From assembly GCA_964353555.1 (NCBI GenBank), contig CAYGWM010000001.1, forward strand, positions 3,659 through 67,658: DNA of 64,000 bases, written 5' to 3'. This DNA comes from an uncultured Spirochaetales bacterium (GTDB taxonomy: Bacteria > Myxococcota_A > UBA9160 > PR03). Every line of letters starts with the position of its first letter. The stretch's first letter is position 1. The position numbers and the translations under genes were made by a program. The notes under the pieces are model-generated. The model made no database searches and was not told the origin of the DNA. It worked only from the letters and a program-made list of their open reading frames with translations. Positions 38,364 to 46,914 of the stretch are shown piece by piece.

Positions 38364-39311
38364 TTGGACACCGAGGCGCGGATCTTCGTCGCGGGCGGCG
38401 GTGCGCTGGTCGGCGACGCGCTGCTGCGGCGCCTGCGCGACGCCGGCTTCGTGAATCTTCTTGGCGTTGGCGACACCGAACCGGATCTGCGCGACGCCGA
38501 AGCCGTCGATGAGTTCTTCGCGAGCGAACGCCCCGAGTACGTGTTCCTGCTCGGTGGGCGCTCCGGCGGCATCGCGCGCAACCTGCGCGAACCCGCCGAG
38601 TTGATGCTCGACAACCTGCGCATCGAGACCGCGCTGATCCCAGCCGCGCACCGCCATGGCGTCCGCAAACTGCTCTATCTCGCCGCCGCCTGCATCTACC
38701 CGCGCGACTGCGAGCAGCCGATGCGGCCCGCGCAGCTCGGCAGCGGTCCGGTCGAGCCCAGCAGCGAGGCGTACGCGATGGCAAAATGGGCGGGTCTCGT
38801 GTTGTGCCGCGCCTACGCACGGCAGTACGGCGCGCGCTTCATCACCGCGATTCCGGCGAACCCATTTGGGCCGGGCGACGACACGCGCTCCGAAGATGCC
38901 CATGTCGTCGGCGCTCTGATCCGGCGGATGCACGAGGCGAAGCAGCGAGGCGACGCGGAAGTGATCGTGTGGGGCACCGGTCGCGCGCGCCGCGATTTCC
39001 TGTTCGCGCCCGATCTCGCCGACGCGCTGGTCTTCCTGATGCAGCGCTACGACGGCGAGCAACCGATCAACGTGTCGGGCGCATCGGATGTCGCGATCGG
39101 CGAGCTGGCTGAGTGCATCCAGAAGGTGGTCGGCTTCAGCGGCCGGCTGCGCTTCGACGCGAGCCGTCCCGACGGCGCGCCGCGCAAAACGCTCGACGGC
39201 GAGGCGCTCCACGCACTCGGCTGGTCGCCGCGTCACGCGCTCGAGGAAGCGCTCACTGCTACGGTTCGCTGGTTCGTCGAGTCCGAGTCGGGAGCGGCGA
39301 CGCATGGCTGA
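38364..39311 (+). CDS. GDP-L-fucose synthase-like NDP-4-keto-sugar epimerase/reductase
   Basis: 'IFVAGGGALVG', 'ACIYP', 'YAMAKWAG' (YxxxK), 'VWGTGRARRDFLF' and 'DASRPDGAPRKTLD'. TTG at 38364 is the first in-frame start after the kinase stop. Confidence 0.8.
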   Translation: MDTEARIFVAGGGALVGDALLRRLRDAGFVNLLGVGDTEPDLRDAEAVDEFFASERPEYVFLLGGRSGGIARNLREPAELMLDNLRIETALIPAAHRHGVRKLLYLAAACIYPRDCEQPMRPAQLGSGPVEPSSEAYAMAKWAGLVLCRAYARQYGARFITAIPANPFGPGDDTRSEDAHVVGALIRRMHEAKQRGDAEVIVWGTGRARRDFLFAPDLADALVFLMQRYDGEQPINVSGASDVAIGELAECIQKVVGFSGRLRFDASRPDGAPRKTLDGEALHALGWSPRHALEEALTATVRWFVESESGAATHG

Positions 39312-40254
39312 TCTCGATCGCATCTACCGCTCGCTGTTCCGGATCCGCCGCGTCGAGGAGGAGATCGCGCGCGTCTATCCGACCGACGTGATCAAGAGCC
39401 CGGTGCACCTTTCGATCGGTCAGGAATCCGTCTCGGTCGGACTCTGCGAAGCATTGCGACCGGATGACGCCGCGTTCGGCACCTACCGCAGCCATGCGCT
39501 CTATCTCGCGAAGGGCGGCGACCTGCGCGCGATGATCGCGGAGCTGTACGGCAAGGCGACCGGCTGTGCGGGTGGCAAGGGCGGCTCGATGCACATGATC
39601 GACGTCGCGGCCGGCGTGTTCGGTTCTTCCGCAGTGGTGGGAACGACGATCCCGCACGCGGTCGGCTACGCGTACGCGGTGAAGCTGCGCCGCGAGTCGC
39701 GCGTGGTGGCGTGCGTCTTCGGCGACGGCGCGGTCGACGAGGGCGTCTTCTACGAGAGCCTGAACTTCGCCGCATTGAAGCGCCTCCCGGTGATCTTCGT
39801 GTGCGAGAACAACAGCTACGCGATCCATACCCACCAACGGCTGCGGCAGCGCGTGGCGGACGTCTGCGCGCGCGTGACCGCGCTCGGCATCCCCGCGGAG
39901 CGCATCGACGACGGTGACGTGCTGCGGATCGCCACGCGCGCGCGTGCGGCGAGCGATGCGCTGCGCGGCGGCGACGCCGGTCCCGTCTTCATCGAGTGCA
40001 TGACGTATCGATGGAAGGAACACGTCGGCCCGGGCGAGGACTGGAACCTCGGCTATCGCGGGCGCGCCGAAGCCGAGCCCTGGATCCGCGGGGACCAGGT
40101 CGCGCGGCTCGCGACGACGATCGACCAGGTCGCGCGCAAGCGAATCGAGAGCGAGGTGGAGGCTGAGATCGCCGACGCCTTCGCGTTTGCCGAGGGCTCG
40201 CCGTTCCCGGATCCGACCGCGCTGCACACCCAGGTGTTCCGGGAGTCGCCGTGA
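39304..40254 (+). CDS. ThDP-dependent 2-oxoacid dehydrogenase E1 component, alpha subunit-like
   Basis: 'IKSPVHLSIGQE', 'YRSHA', 'GKGGSMH' and the ThDP motif 'GDGAVDEGVFYESLNFAALKRLPVIFVCENNSYA'. The ATG overlaps the upstream gene by 8 nt. Confidence 0.85.
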   Translation: MADLDRIYRSLFRIRRVEEEIARVYPTDVIKSPVHLSIGQESVSVGLCEALRPDDAAFGTYRSHALYLAKGGDLRAMIAELYGKATGCAGGKGGSMHMIDVAAGVFGSSAVVGTTIPHAVGYAYAVKLRRESRVVACVFGDGAVDEGVFYESLNFAALKRLPVIFVCENNSYAIHTHQRLRQRVADVCARVTALGIPAERIDDGDVLRIATRARAASDALRGGDAGPVFIECMTYRWKEHVGPGEDWNLGYRGRAEAEPWIRGDQVARLATTIDQVARKRIESEVEAEIADAFAFAEGSPFPDPTALHTQVFRESP

Positions 40255-41300
40255 GCGAGCGCGAGCAGAGCTACGTCGACGCGCTGCGCGAGGCCGCGTT
40301 CCAGGAGATGGAGCGCGATCCGTCGGTCGTCTGCTTCGGCCTCGATGTGGACGATCCGAAGGCGATCCAGGGCACTACGCGCGGGCTCGTCGATAAATTC
40401 GGCCCGGAGCGCGTGTTCGGCACGCCGCTCGCCGAAGACGCGATGACCGGCGTTGCGATCGGCATGGCGCTCGCCGGCCTGCGCCCGATCCACGTGCACA
40501 TCCGGATGGATTTCTTGCTGCTGGCGATGAACCAGCTGATCAACATCGCGGCGAAGAGCCATTACATGTATGGCGGTCACGTCCACGTGCCGATCGTCGT
40601 GCGCTCGATGATCGGCAAGAGCTGGGGGCAAGGTGCCCAGCATTCGCAGGGACTCTATTCGTTCTTCATGCACGTGCCGGGCATCAAGGTGGCGGCGCCC
40701 ACCAATCCCCACGACGCGAAGGGCTGTCTCATTGCAGCGATTCGCGACGACAACCCGGTGATGCTCGTCGAACACCGGCTGCTGTATCCACACGAGGGGC
40801 CCGTGCCGCAGGCGCTCTACGAAGTGCGGCCCGGGCGCGCCCGCGTCGCAGCGCCGGGCAGCGACGTCACGTTGGTGGGCATCTCGCACATGTTGGTGGA
40901 GTGCCTGCAAGCGCGCACGTATCTCGCCGAGAAGGGCGTTTCAGCCGAGGTGATCGACCCGATCTGGCTGGCGCCGCTCGACATCGACACGATCGTGGCG
41001 TCGGTTGCGAAGACCGGCCGGCTGGTCGCGGTGGACAATGGCTGGACGACTTGCGGCGCCTCGGCGGAGATCGTTGCCCGCGTGGTCGAGCGTTTGCAGG
41101 GCACGCGCGACATTCGCGTGCACCGGATGGGCTTCGCGCCCACCACCTGCCCGCCGACGCCGGGCCTCGAGAAGCTCTTCTACGCCGATGCGCGCACGAT
41201 TGCGGCCGCTGCCAACGATCTGGTCGAAGGTCGCAGCACGGGTTGGCTTCCTGCCGAGCGTCCGAGCTCCGGTGAGATCACGTTCCGGGGACCGTTCTGA
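40251..41300 (+). CDS. E1 component beta subunit-like (transketolase pyrimidine-binding and C-terminal domains)
   Basis: 'RVFGTPLAEDAMTGVAIGMALAGLRP', 'QHSQ' and 'APTNPHDAKGCL'. GTGA overlap with the alpha subunit. Confidence 0.85.
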   Translation: MSEREQSYVDALREAAFQEMERDPSVVCFGLDVDDPKAIQGTTRGLVDKFGPERVFGTPLAEDAMTGVAIGMALAGLRPIHVHIRMDFLLLAMNQLINIAAKSHYMYGGHVHVPIVVRSMIGKSWGQGAQHSQGLYSFFMHVPGIKVAAPTNPHDAKGCLIAAIRDDNPVMLVEHRLLYPHEGPVPQALYEVRPGRARVAAPGSDVTLVGISHMLVECLQARTYLAEKGVSAEVIDPIWLAPLDIDTIVASVAKTGRLVAVDNGWTTCGASAEIVARVVERLQGTRDIRVHRMGFAPTTCPPTPGLEKLFYADARTIAAAANDLVEGRSTGWLPAERPSSGEITFRGPF

Positions 41301-42478
41301 TGTCCTGGCCGCTGATGCGCAACAACATCTCACGTGAAGATTTGCAGGCGGTGATCCGGTTCCTGTCGGCCGACGATCCGATCCTCACGCAGTCGAAACA
41401 GGTGGAACTCTTCGAGCAGGAATGGTCGGAGTGGCTGGGCGTACAGCACTCGGTATTTGTGAACTCGGGTTCGTCGGCGAATCTGATCACGATGGCGGCG
41501 CTGCGCCACCGCTACGGCCCGGGCGAGGTGATCGTACCGACGCTCACCTGGGTCTCCGACATCACCGCGGTGCTGCATGCGGGTCTGACGCCGGTGTTCG
41601 TCGACATCGATCCGCGCACGCTCGGGATGGACAACGACGCGGTGATCGAGAAGCTGTCGCCGCGCACGCGCGCGGTCTTCCTGACGCACATCCTCGGCTA
41701 CAACGCGCTCGGCGACCGGCTGCTCGATACGCTGCGCGAGCGCCGCATTCCGCTGATCGAGGACGTCTGCGAGTCGCACGGTGCGACCTTCGCGGGCCGC
41801 AAGCTCGGCACCTTCGGACTCGCGTCGAATTTCTCGTTCTATTACGCGCATCACATGAGCACGATCGAAGGCGGCATGGTTTCGACCGACGACGCCGAGC
41901 TGTTTGCCATGCTCCGCATGTTGCGCGCCCACGGACTCGTGCGCGAAGCCGGCGATGATGCGGTGAAGAGCCGCTACGCCGAGGCGCACCCGGATCTCAC
42001 GCCTGACTTCATTTTTGCGCTGCCCGGCTTCAACGTGCGCTCGACCGAGATCAACGCGGTAATGGGTCGCTCGCAGCTGCGCCGTCTCGACGCGAACAAC
42101 GAACGCCGTCGCGCGAACCTCGCGGTGTTCCTGCGCCATCTCGATCCGAACAAGTACTTCACCGACTTCGCCACCGAGGGAAGCTGCAACTACGCCTTCA
42201 CGCTGGTGCTGCGCGATCCGGACGACGCGCTTCGCGATCGCGTGATGACCGCGCTCCGCGAGCGCGGCATCGAGTTTCGGCGCGGCACCTCGGGCGGCGG
42301 CAATCAGCTCCGCCAGCCCTACCTCCGAGGGATCGTCGCTGCGGAAGATCTCGGCCGCTTTCCGCGCGTCGATCACGTCCATTTCTACGGCTTCTACATC
42401 GGCAACTACCCCGATCTCGAGCCCGAACGGATCGCCCGCCTCTGCGATATGTTGAACGCAATCGACAGTGGGAAGTAG
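41300..42478 (+). CDS. DegT/DnrJ/EryC1-fold PMP-dependent NDP-4-keto-6-deoxysugar 3-dehydratase (ColD / E1 DdhC type)
   Basis: DegT-family fold ('NSGSSANL', 'IEDVCESHGA'). At the Schiff-base position the sequence reads 'FSFYYAHHMSTIEGGM', with His instead of Lys. This is the signature of ColD and CDP-hexulose 3-dehydrase E1. Confidence 0.75.
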   Translation: MSWPLMRNNISREDLQAVIRFLSADDPILTQSKQVELFEQEWSEWLGVQHSVFVNSGSSANLITMAALRHRYGPGEVIVPTLTWVSDITAVLHAGLTPVFVDIDPRTLGMDNDAVIEKLSPRTRAVFLTHILGYNALGDRLLDTLRERRIPLIEDVCESHGATFAGRKLGTFGLASNFSFYYAHHMSTIEGGMVSTDDAELFAMLRMLRAHGLVREAGDDAVKSRYAEAHPDLTPDFIFALPGFNVRSTEINAVMGRSQLRRLDANNERRRANLAVFLRHLDPNKYFTDFATEGSCNYAFTLVLRDPDDALRDRVMTALRERGIEFRRGTSGGGNQLRQPYLRGIVAAEDLGRFPRVDHVHFYGFYIGNYPDLEPERIARLCDMLNAIDSGK

Positions 42479-42483
42479 GCATC

Positions 42484-43989
42484 ATGGCGACCGACATCGA
42501 TCTGGTCCTCGTGAACCCGGGCGGTCGCGCCCGCATCTATCAGTCGCTTGCGACGGAGGTCACCGCCGTCGAACCGCCCGTATGGGCGGGACTGATGGCC
42601 AGTTTCGTCCGCGGGCGTGGTCACTCGGTTGCGATCATCGACTCGAACGCCGAAGAGCTGGGACCGGAAGAAGCAGCCGCACGCGCGATCGAGATGCGGC
42701 CGCGGATGGTCGCGGTGCCCGTCTACGGTCACCAGCCGTCCGCCTCGACGCAGGTGATGCCGGGTGCGAGCGCGGTCGTGACCGCGCTGAAGGACCTCGC
42801 GCCCGAGCTGCCCGTATTGATGGTCGGCGGTCACGTCGCATCGCTGCCGCAGCGCACGCTCGCCGAGGAGCGCTGCGACTTCGTCGCCGACGGCGAGGGC
42901 CTGCACACGATGGTGGAGCTGCTCGAAGCGCTCGCCGCGAGCAGCACACCCGAATTCTCGCGCGTGCGCGGCCTCTGGACACGTGATGGCGACGGCGCGA
43001 AATGCACTGCGACCGCGCCGCTGGTGATGAACGTGGACGTCGAGATGCCGGGCGTCGCGTGGGACCTGCTGCCGATGCAGAAGTACCGCGCGCACAACTG
43101 GCACTGCTTCGGCGAAGCGAGCCGCGAGCCCTACGTCGCGCTCTACACCACGCTCGGGTGTCCGTACCACTGCTCGTTCTGTTGCATCCAGGCGCCGTTC
43201 AAGAGCGGCGAGTCGCTGGCCGGCTACAAGGACAGCGTCAACTCGTACCGCTTCTGGAGTCCCGCGCGCGTGCTCGAGGATCTGACGCTGCTGGTCGAAC
43301 GCTACGGCGTTCGCAACATCAAAGTTGCCGACGAGATGTTCGTGCTGAACGCGCGCCACGTGAACGCGATCTGCGACGGCATCGTCGCGCGCGGCCTGCC
43401 GCTGAACATCTGGGCGTATGCACGCGTCGACACCGTGAAGGATTCGATGGTCGACAAGCTGGCGCGCGCCGGCGTACGTTGGCTCGCCTTCGGCATCGAG
43501 GCCGCCAGCGAACGCGTGCGCGCCGACGTCGACAAGGGCTTCGACGACGAACTGGTCTACCGCACGCTCGAGAAGGTGCGCGGCGCCGGCATCCGCGTGA
43601 TCGGCAACTACATCTTCGGCCTGCCGGAAGACGATCACGACACGATGCAAGAGACGCTCGACCTCGCGATCGAGCTCAACTGTGAGTTCGCAAACTTCTA
43701 CTGCGCGATGGCGTACCCCGGATCGCCGCTCTACGACCGCGCGATCGCCGAGGGCTGGCCGCTGCCCGAGACCTGGGGCGGCTACTCGCAGCACAGTGTC
43801 GACTCGCTGCCGCTGCCCACGCGCCACCTCTCGGCCGGCGAGGTGCTGCGCTTCCGCGATGAAGCCTTCCAGGCCTACTTCAAGAGCCCGCGGTACCTGT
43901 CGATGGTCGAAGCGAGGTTCGGCGCTGCGACGCTGCGCGAGATCGCCGCGATGTCCGCGCACCGGCTCGAGCGGCGGTTCGCCGCGTGA
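42484..43989 (+). CDS. B12-binding-domain radical SAM enzyme (class B)
   Basis: N-terminal Rossmann-like cobalamin-binding domain ('DLVLVNPG...', 'VGGHVASLP'), then 'TTLGCPYHCSFCC' (CxxxCxxC). 501 aa. Confidence 0.85.
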   Translation: MATDIDLVLVNPGGRARIYQSLATEVTAVEPPVWAGLMASFVRGRGHSVAIIDSNAEELGPEEAAARAIEMRPRMVAVPVYGHQPSASTQVMPGASAVVTALKDLAPELPVLMVGGHVASLPQRTLAEERCDFVADGEGLHTMVELLEALAASSTPEFSRVRGLWTRDGDGAKCTATAPLVMNVDVEMPGVAWDLLPMQKYRAHNWHCFGEASREPYVALYTTLGCPYHCSFCCIQAPFKSGESLAGYKDSVNSYRFWSPARVLEDLTLLVERYGVRNIKVADEMFVLNARHVNAICDGIVARGLPLNIWAYARVDTVKDSMVDKLARAGVRWLAFGIEAASERVRADVDKGFDDELVYRTLEKVRGAGIRVIGNYIFGLPEDDHDTMQETLDLAIELNCEFANFYCAMAYPGSPLYDRAIAEGWPLPETWGGYSQHSVDSLPLPTRHLSAGEVLRFRDEAFQAYFKSPRYLSMVEARFGAATLREIAAMSAHRLERRFAA

Positions 43990-44936
43990 GCGCGCCGGTG
44001 CTTTCGGTCGTGCTGTCGTTCCGCAACGAGGCGGACGTGATCCCGGAGTTGATCTCCCGGCTCGCAAAGTCGCTCGAAGGCGCCGGCATCGACTACGAGC
44101 TGATCTTCGTGAACGACGCCTCTACGGATGGCTCGCTCGCGCTACTCGAAGCACTGCGCGCTCGCGATCCGCGCGTGAAGATCCTGAACATGTCGCGTCG
44201 CTTCGGTGTGGCTCCCTGCGTGATGGCGGGTATGCAATTCGCGCGGGGCGACGCCGTCGTCTACATGGACACGGACCTGCAGGATCCGCCCGAGCTGATC
44301 CCGACGCTGGTTGCGCGCTGGCGCGAAGGTGCCGACGTCGTCTACACGGTGCGCACTTCGCGACAGGGCGAGTCGGTATGGAAGATGCGCGTGACGCGCG
44401 CCGCGTACCGCGCGATCCAGCTCGCGTCGGACATCGAACTGCCGATCGAGGCAGGCGACTTCAAGTTGCTTTCGCGACGCGTCGTCGACCAACTGATCGC
44501 GCTCGGCGAGCAGGATCTCTACGTGCGCGGGCTCGTCACGTGGATGGGATTCCGGCAGGTGGCGGTGCCGTACGAACGCCAGCCGCGCGGCGCGGGTGAG
44601 GCGCACTTCCCGCTGTTGCGGAGCTGGGGGCCGATTTCTTCATTTGTTGCCGGCGTGACGTCGTTCTCGCATGCGCCATTGATTGCTTTTCTGCTGCTCG
44701 GCCTCGCCGGTGGCGCGCTCTCGATGCTCGCGCTCGCGCTGCTGCTGCTCGCTGGTGTCGTCGGCGCAGCGGCCTCGAGCATCGCGTGGCTCGTCGCATT
44801 CGGCGTGCTGCTGTGGAGTACGCTGGCGCTCGGGATCGGCGTCATCGGTCTCTATCTCGCACGCATCCATCGCGAGGTGCTCGGACGGCCGCGCTACATC
44901 GTGGAGAGCGCCATCGGCTTCGATGAGCCGAGCTGA
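43986..44936 (+). CDS. polyprenyl-phosphate glycosyltransferase (GT2, ArnC/GtrB-like; third copy)
   Basis: 'LSVVLSFRNE', 'IFVNDASTDGS', 'RRFGVAPC' and 'MDTDLQDPPE', then two C-terminal TM helices and 'GLYLARIHREVLGRPRYIV'. GTGA overlap with the rSAM gene. Confidence 0.85.
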   Translation: MSAPVLSVVLSFRNEADVIPELISRLAKSLEGAGIDYELIFVNDASTDGSLALLEALRARDPRVKILNMSRRFGVAPCVMAGMQFARGDAVVYMDTDLQDPPELIPTLVARWREGADVVYTVRTSRQGESVWKMRVTRAAYRAIQLASDIELPIEAGDFKLLSRRVVDQLIALGEQDLYVRGLVTWMGFRQVAVPYERQPRGAGEAHFPLLRSWGPISSFVAGVTSFSHAPLIAFLLLGLAGGALSMLALALLLLAGVVGAAASSIAWLVAFGVLLWSTLALGIGVIGLYLARIHREVLGRPRYIVESAIGFDEPS

Positions 44937-46899
44937 GCAGCTGTCGTCGTCCGCAGTGTCGCCCTTCAGCGCCGGCCGTCCGCTCGCCGGCGTAGTGGCG
45001 ATCAGCGCCGCGGCGGGGTTCGTGGTCGGTCTGCTGTTCCCTGCCTGGCACGTCGCGCTCGAACCCGCGCAGGTGATCGCTGGGATCGTCGAGTACCCGA
45101 GCGGCAATCCATTCGGACTCTACGAAACACGGCTATGGACCGGCTGGCACCAGGTCCTCGCGCCGCTGCTCGCGGCTGGTGTTCCGGAGCGCGTGCTGAC
45201 CTTCGTGCTCTCTGGTCTCGTCGCCGCGATTTCGTTCACAGCACTCACCGCATTTGCATACGGACTCGGCGCCGACGCCGAGCTTGCGATCGCGACACCG
45301 TTCGTGCTCGGCGTGCTGAACCCCACCTCGTGGCAGTTTTGGTACCCGATCATTTTGCTCGGCCATGGCCACACCTACGGCATGGCGGGACTTGCGTGGC
45401 TGGTGCTTGCCTGCGGTGTGCTCGCGACGGAACGCTGGGCGGTGGCAGCGTTTCTGATCGGCATCGCGCCCGCAGTACACGCGTCGCTCGGCGCGTGGCT
45501 CGGTCTGCTCGCGCTGGTTTGCGGACTCGCGCACTGGCGCGAGGTGCGCCCCCATGTCGCCGCGATCGTGCGCGGTGGCACGCTCGGCGCTTCGATCGCC
45601 GCGCTGAGTCTCGCGACACATCTGCTCCGCCAGCCCGCCGGGCTGGCGGTCGATCCCGCCGTCGCGAGCCGCTACCTCGATGGCTTCGTCCAGCTCTGGG
45701 ATGCGCACCGCATCCCCGGCAACGTGACGGGTTTCGGCGGGCTCGTGGTGTGCATCGGCCTGATCGTCGCCGTCGCAATGCTGCGATGTGCACGACGGCA
45801 GATCGGCGCCGCCACTGCACTGGTGCTGAACGTCTATGTCAGTTGCGGCGTGCTAGGCATCGCGCTGGCGCTCGTGCAGCGATTCGTGCCACCCGAGCAG
45901 ATCCCGAACACGCTGCTGATCGCGATGCCGGCGAGGCTGCTCAATCTGCCGGCGCTCGCGTTCGTGCCGCTGCTGATCGGCGTGCTCGGGCGCTACCGGA
46001 GCGATGTGGTGGCGCGCGCGCTGCTGGTCGTTTTGGTGACGGTCGCCGCGCTGCGTCCACTCTTCGCGGATCTCGCACTCTACGGCTTGCCGATCGTTGG
46101 TGTGGCGACGGCCCTTGTGATCGACCGCCACGCCGATCGTCCCGGCGCAATCCGGATCGCGGTGATCGGCATGCTGGCGTTTGCCGGGCTGCGCGCGACG
46201 CAGTCCACGGTTCCCCTCTCGTGGCGGGATGCGGCGTCGTTCGCTGCGATGCTGACCGCGGCGGCGCTGGGGGTCGGCGCTTCGCTGCAGCGAACGCGCG
46301 CGACCAACCGCGATGGATCGCTAGCGCGACTCGCGCGTCGCCTCGCCGAGCAGCCGTTGCCGCTGCAGCTTCCGCTGCGCATCGCACTCGTCGCGACGGT
46401 ACTGATCACGGTCAACGCGGCGATTCGCGGCTTCGAGTACCGCTTGTCACGGCTGCACGATCGCAGCAACGATCGAGCGCTGGCCGCCGCGTCGCGCGGC
46501 GACGGTCTGTTGCTGGTGGCGCCGCGCATTTCGACGCCGCAGCTGATCACGCGTCGCCCGGTGGTGCTCGATCCGGGCGCGCTCGACATGCTGCCCTACG
46601 CGCTCGCGGGTGGACCCGAGTTGGAGCGCATGCTGCGCATCGGCTACGGAGTCGAATTCTTCGCGCCGCCGCCGAAGGCGCTGCACACCGCGCTGTTGCC
46701 CAGCGAAGTCGTGCAGCCGATCTGGGAGAAGCGCAGCGGCGCGGAATGGCGCGAAGTTGCGACGAGTCTCGGCGTCACCGACGTGCTGGTTCCGGCGACG
46801 TGGAAGCTATCCGGCGTGCCGGAAGTCGAGCGCAGCAGCGCGTACGTGCTCTATCACCTCGCGACGCCCGCTGGCGCAGGTCCGGCCGGCACCCGATAG
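44923..46899 (+). CDS. polytopic membrane protein (658 aa), candidate GT-C-type transferase for the operon's sugar
   Basis: C-terminal 658 aa of ORF 44683..46899. About 12 or more TM helices, then a soluble C-terminal domain. The ATG at 44923 overlaps the GT2 by 14 nt. Family not recognised. Confidence 0.6.
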   Translation: MSRAEQLSSSAVSPFSAGRPLAGVVAISAAAGFVVGLLFPAWHVALEPAQVIAGIVEYPSGNPFGLYETRLWTGWHQVLAPLLAAGVPERVLTFVLSGLVAAISFTALTAFAYGLGADAELAIATPFVLGVLNPTSWQFWYPIILLGHGHTYGMAGLAWLVLACGVLATERWAVAAFLIGIAPAVHASLGAWLGLLALVCGLAHWREVRPHVAAIVRGGTLGASIAALSLATHLLRQPAGLAVDPAVASRYLDGFVQLWDAHRIPGNVTGFGGLVVCIGLIVAVAMLRCARRQIGAATALVLNVYVSCGVLGIALALVQRFVPPEQIPNTLLIAMPARLLNLPALAFVPLLIGVLGRYRSDVVARALLVVLVTVAALRPLFADLALYGLPIVGVATALVIDRHADRPGAIRIAVIGMLAFAGLRATQSTVPLSWRDAASFAAMLTAAALGVGASLQRTRATNRDGSLARLARRLAEQPLPLQLPLRIALVATVLITVNAAIRGFEYRLSRLHDRSNDRALAAASRGDGLLLVAPRISTPQLITRRPVVLDPGALDMLPYALAGGPELERMLRIGYGVEFFAPPPKALHTALLPSEVVQPIWEKRSGAEWREVATSLGVTDVLVPATWKLSGVPEVERSSAYVLYHLATPAGAGPAGTR

Positions 46900-46914
46900 A
46901 TCCGGGAGAGCGAG

